Shown here: in pieces, positions 16,396-23,976 of the stretch
Position numbering within the stretch: position 1 is the first letter of the stretch
Layout: the number at the start of each line of letters is the position of its first letter
NCBI GenBank assembly: GCA_964419805.1
Contig: CAYQQA010000002.1
Coordinates: forward strand, 825 to 25,056
DNA from: Candidatus Woesearchaeota archaeon
GTDB taxonomy: Archaea > Nanobdellota > Nanobdellia > Pacearchaeales > GW2011-AR1
Reading direction: 5' to 3'
DNA: 24,232 nt
The notes under the pieces: model-generated
The model's database searches: none
What the model was told of the DNA's origin: nothing
The model's input: only the letters and a program-made list of their open reading frames with translations
Made by a program: the position numbers and the translations under genes

Positions 16396-17493
16396 TTATT
16401 TGAGAGCCTCTTCATAAACCTTTTTTAATTTTTTGTTTCTTTCTTTTATTGAGAATTTTCCACTTTTAACTATTTTTAAACCTTCCTTTGACATTTTTAT
16501 TCTTAAATTTTCATCTTTTATCAACTCAGATGTTCTTTCTACAATTTTTTTAATCACTTTTTCTTCTTTTTCACCTATAAAAGTTTGATTTATTTTTCCG
16601 TTTGTTGAGACCACAAATCCATTCTTTCCATCTTCAATTATCTCCTTTCTTGTGGGGACATTGACAGTTACTACAGGCAATCCGAATGCTAGGGCTTCTA
16701 CAAAAGGAAACCCAAATGTATCACTATATCCCGGACATACATAAATGTCTGTAGAAGGATAAATTTCCTCTAGAAGTTTTTTGTGATCAATTAGATTGAA
16801 CCATTTCAACTTTTTATTTTTAGAATATTTTTTCCTTATAAATTCAGGAATTTCTCCCACAACTAACGCTTCAACATTTTTGAAGGTTTTTGTTAATCTA
16901 TCAAACGCTTCTACTGTGTGGAGCCCTCCCTTTCCCATAAAGTATCTTCCTATAAACAAAAGCCGAATATTCTTACTTTTTGTTTTTTTAAAATTAGAGG
17001 GAGCAATCCCGTATGTTACAACTTCTACTTTATCCTGCACCCTAGGAAATTTTTTTATTATGTCTTTTTTTGTCTCTTCTGTCCAAGCGATAATCTTTTT
17101 ACAATTATCTTTTTCAAGAATTTTAGATGCTTTTTTTAGCCCTTTTAGAGTTTCATGATCTGTTATCAACATTTGCCACACAGATTCAAAATCTGCAACC
17201 CAAGGAGCATTCCCAGAACTTAAACAATGGGCGCAATGAAGTAAATTGTAGTTTTTGTTTTTCGGTTTTTTATGAATGTTCAGTAATGAAATGCCCATTC
17301 TCCTCAAATTCCTCCTTATTAATTTTTTTAGAAAGTTAAAAAAGAGCATTTTGCTTTTACTGGTAATCATCCCGTGTTTTTTTCCTTCAACAATATATTC
17401 AATTCCTTCTGGAGGAGAATCCAAAATTGATTTGTAATATTGAGAATCTGAAATTTTCCAAGGATACTGAAGGTACACTTTTATTTTTTCCAT
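16396..17493 (-). CDS. GT4 family glycosyltransferase
   Basis: LLFIGR...KGG, DIYVCPGYSDTFGFPFVEALAFGLPVVT and EIIEDGKNGF. Confidence 0.9.
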   Translation of the reverse strand: MEKIKVYLQYPWKISDSQYYKSILDSPPEGIEYIVEGKKHGMITSKSKMLFFNFLKKLIRRNLRRMGISLLNIHKKPKNKNYNLLHCAHCLSSGNAPWVADFESVWQMLITDHETLKGLKKASKILEKDNCKKIIAWTEETKKDIIKKFPRVQDKVEVVTYGIAPSNFKKTKSKNIRLLFIGRYFMGKGGLHTVEAFDRLTKTFKNVEALVVGEIPEFIRKKYSKNKKLKWFNLIDHKKLLEEIYPSTDIYVCPGYSDTFGFPFVEALAFGLPVVTVNVPTRKEIIEDGKNGFVVSTNGKINQTFIGEKEEKVIKKIVERTSELIKDENLRIKMSKEGLKIVKSGKFSIKERNKKLKKVYEEALK

Positions 17494-17514
17494 AAATTGA
17501 AATTAAGCAAATTA

Positions 17515-17522
17515 TTTATAAA
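17515..17522 (-). promoter_or_regulatory. Putative TATA box (TTTATAAA) for the GT4-GT4-deacylase-GT2 operon
   Basis: Ends 21 nt before the - strand ATG at 17493, in the divergent intergenic region. Confidence 0.62.
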
Positions 17523-17565
17523 CATTATGGACTAATCATTTTACATATATCTGTGTTTAGGAAAG

Positions 17566-17573
17566 TATAAAAA
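17566..17573 (+). promoter_or_regulatory. Putative TATA box (TATAAAAA) for the LbH acyltransferase
   Basis: Ends 21 nt before ATG 17595 and is preceded by purine-rich GGAAAG (BRE-like). Confidence 0.58.
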
Positions 17574-17594
17574 ACCTAAATTAAATGAATTTCA

Positions 17595-18104
17595 ATGGTA
17601 GAAAAAAGTAAGAAGAAATTTGTTCACAATATCAAGCTAAGTTTTTTTAGAAAATTTATCAATCGTATTTTCTACTTTTTAGGTTATTTTGGGCCAGGAA
17701 ATAGTTTAAGAGTTTTTGCAAACAGAATGAGAGGAGTCAAAATAGGGAAAAATGTTTTTATTGATGCCTTTGTCCATTTGGACACCGCAGTTCCTCATTT
17801 AATCAAAATAGAGGACAATGTAAAACTTTCTGTAGGTGTAAAAATATTTGCGCACAACTCTGTTTTTCAAGATATAAATCCTTTAGACCCAATTGTAATT
17901 TCTCCGGTGTTGATAAAAAAAAGAGCTCAACTAGCGCCAAACTCAATAGTGCTGGAAGGAGTAACCATCGGTGAAAACTCTATAATTGGAACTTCCGCAG
18001 TTGTAAATAAAGATATTCCTAATGGAGCTATTGCAGTAGGAATTCCCGCAAAACCTGTAAAAGATTATAAAGAAGCAAGAAAATTTATCTTTGAAAACAA
18101 TTAA
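17595..18104 (+). CDS. Hexapeptide-repeat (LbH) acyltransferase, sugar O-/N-acetyltransferase-like
   Basis: GVKIGKNVFI, IKIEDNV, GVTIGENSIIG..AVVNKDIP...IAVGIPAKPVK. Confidence 0.88.
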   Translation: MVEKSKKKFVHNIKLSFFRKFINRIFYFLGYFGPGNSLRVFANRMRGVKIGKNVFIDAFVHLDTAVPHLIKIEDNVKLSVGVKIFAHNSVFQDINPLDPIVISPVLIKKRAQLAPNSIVLEGVTIGENSIIGTSAVVNKDIPNGAIAVGIPAKPVKDYKEARKFIFENN

Positions 18105-18106
18105 AG

Positions 18107-18862
18107 TCATATGAGTTTTTTCAACACTTCATCTTTTTCTTCTTTGATTTCTAAGTCTCTAATAGCCAAGGGGTCAATTTTTTTTATTTCCTCTTCATTT
18201 TTTTCATCTACAAGAAGCATATTTCTAACAGGTCTTGCCACATCAAATTTAAAATTTGTGTTTTCAATAACATTTGCGATTTTGTAGCTTGGATTTATTT
18301 TGGTTAAAGTAATTTTCTTGTCAATAAATTCAAAAACACACATATTTGAGATTATTTTATCCGGACCTTTTCCTTTGTCCCATCCACTTGCCGTAACAAA
18401 ATCAACTTTATCAACAAAAACTTTTTTACTATGATCTGGAACGTACAATACTGATTTCCTCGCGAAATGAACCACATCATCAATGCCCATGCCTCCCGGA
18501 AGCCTAATCTTCGGGAACTTAAAATTTCCAATACATGTATTATTTATATTTCCAAATTTATCAACTTGAGCTGGTCTCAAAAATTCTAAGTCTATTTTTT
18601 TTCCAATCAGCATTTCAAGGAATTCTGATAATCCAGAAATTTTGCCGTCTGAATAATTTTCAAAACAAAAAGTTGATGGAACCTTAGGATTTATTTTTGG
18701 GTTCAAATAGAATCCTGCAATAAGATTGATTTTTTTCTTTTTCATTGCTAAAACTGTGGCGACTAATGGGAGAAAGGTGGATGTTCCTTGAACTAAAGTT
18801 GTTCCTTCTTCAAGTTCTTCCGCGAGATTAATGACCAAAAAATCAGAGGTTTTCATTTCCAA
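18107..18862 (-). CDS. Family I CoA-transferase beta-subunit homologue (GctB/IpdB-like); canonical catalytic Glu not evident
   Basis: GT..LPL, AQVDKFGNINNTCIG.F..PK.RLPGG.G, H.KKVFVDKVDFVT.SG, IISNMCVFEF and C-terminal IDP..IRD.E. Confidence 0.82.
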   Translation of the reverse strand: MEMKTSDFLVINLAEELEEGTTLVQGTSTFLPLVATVLAMKKKKINLIAGFYLNPKINPKVPSTFCFENYSDGKISGLSEFLEMLIGKKIDLEFLRPAQVDKFGNINNTCIGNFKFPKIRLPGGMGIDDVVHFARKSVLYVPDHSKKVFVDKVDFVTASGWDKGKGPDKIISNMCVFEFIDKKITLTKINPSYKIANVIENTNFKFDVARPVRNMLLVDEKNEEEIKKIDPLAIRDLEIKEEKDEVLKKLI

Positions 18863-19580
18863 TAAATTTTAATATTTCTTTAATATTTGGTCCATAAAAA
18901 TTTTTACATCCTGTAGGGTAAGCCCCTTTTTTGCAAACCACAACATAATCAACATCTTCTTTTGGAATTGTTATATGTTCTTTACAGATTGTTCCAACCT
19001 CTTCCACGCTGAAGATTGTTGTTTTTGAAGCTTTAGCCATTTCTTTTTCACAAAAATCAGGTTCTTCTAAGAGAATATTTCCTTGAGCATCTACCTTTTG
19101 GGCATGTATGAATGAAAAATCAGGATTTATCTTTTCGATTTTACAAAATTTTTTTCCATCCAAAAATATCTTTTGGCAATAAGAATTTATTTTTAAGATA
19201 TCTGAATTAATAACTGACTCTGTCAGGAGAAAAGGCTTGTTTTCTGCACCTGCTTTTAATCCAAAATAATAAATTATTTCCGTTAAATCTTCAAATAAAA
19301 TTTTTTTTGATTCTATAGCTTTTCTAGTAATTTTTGAAAGTCCTAACCCTTCATAACCCACATAGGCTGCAGAGATTTTGCTTACCTTTGATTCCCTGAC
19401 CATTAAATCCACATCGATTGATCCGGCAAGAAGGAACAAATTTAAATCTTTTATTTTTTTATTTTTTATTATTTCTTTTATTATTGAAAGGGGTTTTCTA
19501 TTTATTGTAAACCCTCCTATCGCGATTGTGGAATTTGGTTTTACTATATTTTTTACTTCTCCTAATTCAATGAACTTCAT
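18843..19580 (-). CDS. Family I CoA-transferase alpha-subunit homologue (GctA/IpdA-like)
   Basis: IAIGGFTINRKPLSIIKEI, GLKAGAENKPFL, PDFSFIHAQKVDAQGN, TIFSVEE and VDYVV...GAYPTGC. Confidence 0.85.
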   Translation of the reverse strand: MKFIELGEVKNIVKPNSTIAIGGFTINRKPLSIIKEIIKNKKIKDLNLFLLAGSIDVDLMVRESKVSKISAAYVGYEGLGLSKITRKAIESKKILFEDLTEIIYYFGLKAGAENKPFLLTESVINSDILKINSYCQKIFLDGKKFCKIEKINPDFSFIHAQKVDAQGNILLEEPDFCEKEMAKASKTTIFSVEEVGTICKEHITIPKEDVDYVVVCKKGAYPTGCKNFYGPNIKEILKFIGNENL

Positions 19581-20118
19581 TTTTTTCTTTTAAATCTTTC
19601 ATGTACTCAGTCAAAGGTATATTAAAATTTATTTCTTCGTTAATTTCTGGAACCCCTTTTTCATCAATATGGTATGCAAACTGATATAAAGTTTTGCCTC
19701 CTGGAGTGTGATTTCTCATTTTAGCCTCAATTTCAAAACCCAATTTTTCAAACATTGATGAAACTGAAGGATTTTCTCCAACTAATGAATCGGTAATTTT
19801 TCTTCTTCCTTCCATATGGAAAATTTTTATGGCTGATTTATAGAGAAGTTTTCCAATTCCCTTGCCCCTATATTCCGGCAAAACTGCAACTTTACCACCT
19901 TTCCCAATATGTGATTGGGGCCTGTGCAATTTTAATGCTCCAACAATTTTTCCATCAATCTCCACAACAATTATTGAAATTTTTCCTTTTTCATTTTCTT
20001 TTAAACATTTATTTATTTCTTTAATATCAGTATAGGGCAGCCAAATTCCTCCAGATTTGTAAACGTTAAGTATTTCTTCAGCCTTTTCAATACTAGCTTT
20101 TTTCACTTCCTTCTTCAT
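19567..20118 (-). CDS. GNAT family acyltransferase
   Basis: VAVLPEYRGKGIGKLL acyl-CoA motif and FEKLGF. Overlaps both neighbours. Confidence 0.85.
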   Translation of the reverse strand: MKKEVKKASIEKAEEILNVYKSGGIWLPYTDIKEINKCLKENEKGKISIIVVEIDGKIVGALKLHRPQSHIGKGGKVAVLPEYRGKGIGKLLYKSAIKIFHMEGRRKITDSLVGENPSVSSMFEKLGFEIEAKMRNHTPGGKTLYQFAYHIDEKGVPEINEEINFNIPLTEYMKDLKEKNEVH

Positions 20119-21212
20119 CTCAAAACCTCCACAATCGCTTTTGTTAATCCTTCATGCCCATAAGGATTTTTAAAATTTTTTATTTCTATTTCTTTGTTTT
20201 CTATTTTTTCAATTATCTTTCTTCCGTATCTAACATTTACTCCTACTAAAAAATTTATCCCAGTATAAAGGCCTTCCTGCCTTTCAGTTTTTTTCCTCAG
20301 AATAATGCAAGGTTTTTTAAAAACAAGACTTTCTTCCTGAATGCTTCCTCCGTCGGTAACTAAGTATTCACAATTTGCAAGAAGAAAAATAAAATCAGAA
20401 TAATCCGTTAAAGGTAAAATTTCAACATTTTTCATTTTTTTTAAATGCCTCAAAAGTCCATATTTTTTCAAATAGTAAAGAGTATTGTCGTGAATTGGCC
20501 AAATTGTTTTTATTTTTATGTTTCCCAAAATCCTTATAATTTTTTTCATTCTTTCTTTGCTCCGCAAGTTTTCATGACGGTGAAGATTAACAAGGGCGTA
20601 TTTTTGTTTTTTGTTTTTATTTTTTTTCAAAACAATTTTAGCAGAATCAACAATTGTGTTTCCTGTTTTAATTATTATTTTATTTTTGAATTCTTTTTTT
20701 AACGTTTTTTCAGTTAAATCAGACACGGCCAATAATATGTCTGAGAAATTGTCACAAATTTTTCTGGATATTTCCTCGGGAAAAGGTTCAAACAGCGAAC
20801 CACTTCTTAGGCCTGCTTCAAGATGCACATTTTTCCATTTTTTCCCCGGATTAAAAAATTTGCTTGATCCTATCGCGGCACTGCTCGTACTCATTGTGTC
20901 TCCATGGTAAACAACATATTTTGGATTTATTTTTTTCAACATTTTTTTAATTTTAAAAATAATTTCAATGTTCCAGAAAAATGAAGCCCGATTTATTTTT
21001 GACCAAAATTTGGTGCTTATATCTGGTTCTTTGCTCAAAATAAAATCCGGTTTTTTAATCCCAAATTTTTCACAAGCCTTCCCTAAAGGGTGCTGACCCG
21101 TGTGGATAAAAAAATAATCAAGGCTTCTATTTTGAAATTCTTTCATCAAGGGCATGCATTTTATAAGTTCCGCTTTTGTTCCGATAATTATTGCAACCCC
21201 AGAATCTTTCAT
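20115..21212 (-). CDS. wecB: UDP-N-acetylglucosamine 2-epimerase, non-hydrolysing type
   Basis: GTKAELIK, HTGQH, HGDT, HLEAGLRSG..EPFPEE..R, HRHEN, TDGGSIQEE and TERQEG. Confidence 0.87.
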   Translation of the reverse strand: MKDSGVAIIIGTKAELIKCMPLMKEFQNRSLDYFFIHTGQHPLGKACEKFGIKKPDFILSKEPDISTKFWSKINRASFFWNIEIIFKIKKMLKKINPKYVVYHGDTMSTSSAAIGSSKFFNPGKKWKNVHLEAGLRSGSLFEPFPEEISRKICDNFSDILLAVSDLTEKTLKKEFKNKIIIKTGNTIVDSAKIVLKKNKNKKQKYALVNLHRHENLRSKERMKKIIRILGNIKIKTIWPIHDNTLYYLKKYGLLRHLKKMKNVEILPLTDYSDFIFLLANCEYLVTDGGSIQEESLVFKKPCIILRKKTERQEGLYTGINFLVGVNVRYGRKIIEKIENKEIEIKNFKNPYGHEGLTKAIVEVLR

Positions 21213-21233
21213 AACAATATTCTTTGATTAACT

Positions 21234-21241
21234 AATTTAAA
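21234..21241 (-). promoter_or_regulatory. Putative TATA box (TTTAAATT) for the wecB-GNAT-CoA-transferase operon
   Basis: Ends 21 nt before the - strand ATG at 21212, in the 31 nt gap after aglB. Confidence 0.6.
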
Positions 21242-21243
21242 TC

Positions 21244-23946
21244 TTATGGATTTGTTCTAACCTCTAAATCATCAAACTCCGCATATTTCCCTTGTCTTCT
21301 TAAGAATTCTTCTTTTTCTAAAATATAATCCGGATAGTCAACATCCCATATCTTGATAGGTCCCCTAAATCCTTGATAATAAATAAATTCTCCAAGATTA
21401 GCTCCTTGAGATTTTAAACTTTCAACAACAGGATCATCTTGTGAATGGGCTAGTTTTATCGTCGGGTACTTGTCAAGCGGATCGTCCATCAAGTACATTT
21501 GTGCAAACAAACTATTTTCTGTTTTTTCAGAAAGGTAAAGCATTGCGCCAAAATTATCAATCCCTGTACCAGAACTCGTCTGTTCCAAAGAAGGGATAAA
21601 CACAACTGTCGCGTTCACACCTTCTTCATATTGAATTAACTGTCCTTGGACATAAATGTTTTTTATAGGGATCCTTATCTGTTGATCATTATACAAGTAA
21701 ACCCCTATAGGTTGCTTAACTCCAAAAGAGCCTTCATCATTTCTCATGTCAAGTATCACTCCAATCACTGCCGCCCTGCCTTGGGGGAGCAGAATCTCAT
21801 TGCCCTCCTGACTATAGATTATGTCTTTGTCCAATGAAAATCCTCCTTGGAAAACTCTCAAAGTGGTGTTTTGGGTTTCTTGAGTTTGTCGCGGATCATT
21901 TGGCATTAACGGAATCCAGCTATTTCTGTCACTCCCTGTTTTATCACTCCCAATGCTACTATATGCCCCATATTTTCCTAAGTCAGTCGGATCTATGAGT
22001 AGATTTGTGATTTCATTAGACTTCATAAAGCTTAGCGCTAAATCTGGAACCGGATTTGTCAAAACATATCTTCCAATCATGTGGTCCCTGAATTCTCCTT
22101 GAAAATGTCCTCCATCAGCAATTGTTTTTCTTTCCCCCAAATACTGCACCCAATACCCATAATCCCACCAGTGAACAAAAACACTTTTTTCAGCAGTATT
22201 ATCTCTGACCCATTCCATCGCCTTCTGCCACTGGCCGTTTGCACTTGGCCCAGTGTATTTAGCTTGTGCCGTGGAAACTCCTACAAAAAAATTAAAACTC
22301 AATATTAACAATATTAAAATAATTACGCTTCCTGCTCCAAAAAACAATTTTGACATTTCTTCTTTAGAACTTTTAAACTTTCTGACAACTTGGTCAAAAC
22401 CATATCCTACCATCATGCAAGTAACTGGCGTTATTACAAAAAATAATCTTACAGCTCCTCTGGTCCCGACAATCATTGGGATCAGCAAAGATGCGAAAAC
22501 CAAAAACCTTCCATCAATACCGTTTATTTTTTTGTTAAAATACAAATAAAGTGCATATACTCCAAAAATCGCAATGCCTCCAAAATACAAAAGTTTGCTG
22601 ATAAAATTAGTCCCATTCAAAATAGAGCTTGAAGAAATTCTGCTCAAAGAAATTCCTAAAATCATGGCTATCCAAAAAATTGCAAATAAATATTTGTCTT
22701 TTTTCTTTTTAGCTATTTTTGACATTTCAATTCCTAATAACGCTGAGCCTAGCAAAAATATCCAAAAAAATCTCGGTCCTATTTGTGAGGTCCAATCCTG
22801 AAGAAAAGGTTGCTTGTTTTCAGCCACCGTCAAACCGACCCTGCCAGTTCCAAAAGGATGTATTAATCTGGAAAAGAAATCAGAAACCAATGAAAAAGGA
22901 TCCATCCCCAAAATAGGAAGCAACAAAAATCCCAGAATAATTGTTATCACAAAGCTTGCAACAATTCTGTATTTTTTTAACAAACCTTCTTTTCCATAAT
23001 ACTTCTGGACAGCAAAATCAACAATTAGAAAACCAAAAACAAAAAGAAAAATTATGCCCTCAGTACCTGAAATAAATCTATCCAAAATTCCTCCTGCTCC
23101 ATATTTAGTAAAAATACCAAAAATAATTCCCGAAACAAACCAAATCAGATATGATAAAACAAAATAGTTTCTAATTTTCCCATCAATTTTATGTTCGTTT
23201 ATAATCCAATAAAGAAAAAAAGCCAGAGGAACTACCATGAAGACAAATTTAGCAATCCCTCCCCAAGCTACTATTGTCAAAGTTGTTAGTGCCCCCAAAA
23301 TCACCGAAGCTGTTACAGAATTTTTCAACTTTTTTTTGTCGGTTTTTTCTTTTTCAAAATTATTAAATAAAAGTATTAATGGAATTAATGATAAAAAAAA
23401 CGCAGCCATACCTATTGATTCGTGGTCTGCAAATCCTGCGGTAGATCTATAAATATAACTTGGAATAAACGCAAGAAAAATTGAGCTCACCGTCGAGGCA
23501 GTTTTTGATTTTGTTAAAAGCAATACTAAAAAGAAAAAAGCAATAAATCCAATAATATAAAAAATAACTGGTGAAATAACATCGATGTATTGAATGGAAA
23601 AATCTCCAAAAACATTTGAAATTTTATGGAATAAAACAACCAGGTCTGGAAGAATTTCCGGACTCCACCCAACGTTAAAAGGACCTCTTAACGGATCAAA
23701 TTCAGGCAAACCTCCTTGGCTTATTGTTTCAGCCATCCTCAAAAAATAAAACGGATCCAAAGCAGTAGGGATGTATTCTCCCGTTGTTTGGTCCTTGAGG
23801 AGATGAAGATTGCTAGTCCTTATAGAAGTGCTCCAAATAAGTGTCACCAGAAGAATTATAAAAACAACAGCCAGCTGAAATTTTTTATTCAAAAAAAGAT
23901 TCTTTATTTTCTTAAAATCAATTTTGATTTCATCTTTTTCTTCCAT
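21244..23946 (-). CDS. aglB: Archaeal oligosaccharyltransferase AglB (STT3 family)
   Basis: 900 aa multi-pass membrane protein with ALDPFYFLR, GFADHE, TVAE (TIXE-like), HWWDYG, ADGGH and a DxxK (DLGK) DK motif. Confidence 0.95.
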   Translation of the reverse strand: MEEKDEIKIDFKKIKNLFLNKKFQLAVVFIILLVTLIWSTSIRTSNLHLLKDQTTGEYIPTALDPFYFLRMAETISQGGLPEFDPLRGPFNVGWSPEILPDLVVLFHKISNVFGDFSIQYIDVISPVIFYIIGFIAFFFLVLLLTKSKTASTVSSIFLAFIPSYIYRSTAGFADHESIGMAAFFLSLIPLILLFNNFEKEKTDKKKLKNSVTASVILGALTTLTIVAWGGIAKFVFMVVPLAFFLYWIINEHKIDGKIRNYFVLSYLIWFVSGIIFGIFTKYGAGGILDRFISGTEGIIFLFVFGFLIVDFAVQKYYGKEGLLKKYRIVASFVITIILGFLLLPILGMDPFSLVSDFFSRLIHPFGTGRVGLTVAENKQPFLQDWTSQIGPRFFWIFLLGSALLGIEMSKIAKKKKDKYLFAIFWIAMILGISLSRISSSSILNGTNFISKLLYFGGIAIFGVYALYLYFNKKINGIDGRFLVFASLLIPMIVGTRGAVRLFFVITPVTCMMVGYGFDQVVRKFKSSKEEMSKLFFGAGSVIILILLILSFNFFVGVSTAQAKYTGPSANGQWQKAMEWVRDNTAEKSVFVHWWDYGYWVQYLGERKTIADGGHFQGEFRDHMIGRYVLTNPVPDLALSFMKSNEITNLLIDPTDLGKYGAYSSIGSDKTGSDRNSWIPLMPNDPRQTQETQNTTLRVFQGGFSLDKDIIYSQEGNEILLPQGRAAVIGVILDMRNDEGSFGVKQPIGVYLYNDQQIRIPIKNIYVQGQLIQYEEGVNATVVFIPSLEQTSSGTGIDNFGAMLYLSEKTENSLFAQMYLMDDPLDKYPTIKLAHSQDDPVVESLKSQGANLGEFIYYQGFRGPIKIWDVDYPDYILEKEEFLRRQGKYAEFDDLEVRTNP

Positions 23947-23967
23947 TTTACTATTTAGAAAACTTTC

Positions 23968-23975
23968 TTTTTAAA
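23968..23975 (-). promoter_or_regulatory. Putative TATA box (TTTAAAAA) for aglB
   Basis: Ends 21 nt before the - strand ATG at 23946, in a 30 nt gap. Confidence 0.62.
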
Positions 23976-23976
23976 T

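Noticed and set aside
1290-21212. A WbpA/B/E/D/I-type diacetamido-uronic acid pathway assembled from the dehydrogenase, Gfo/Idh/MocA, DegT, LbH and epimerase genes
   Set aside because: One member of each family is present, but they are spread over four transcription units, the dehydrogenase is the short form, and the Gfo/DegT pair is coupled to a cytidylyltransferase and GNAT. It remains a possible alternative but is not supported enough to call.
948-23958. The many short alternative-frame and antisense ORFs in the track (e.g. 948-1130, 5419-5757, 7496-7870, 9392-9700, 14739-15074, 16796-17158, 22253-22549, 23716-23958)
   Set aside because: All lie inside longer motif-supported genes, have no recognisable motifs, and show the Phe/Ile/Leu/Ser-rich composition expected from antisense reading of Lys/Glu-rich AT-biased genes.
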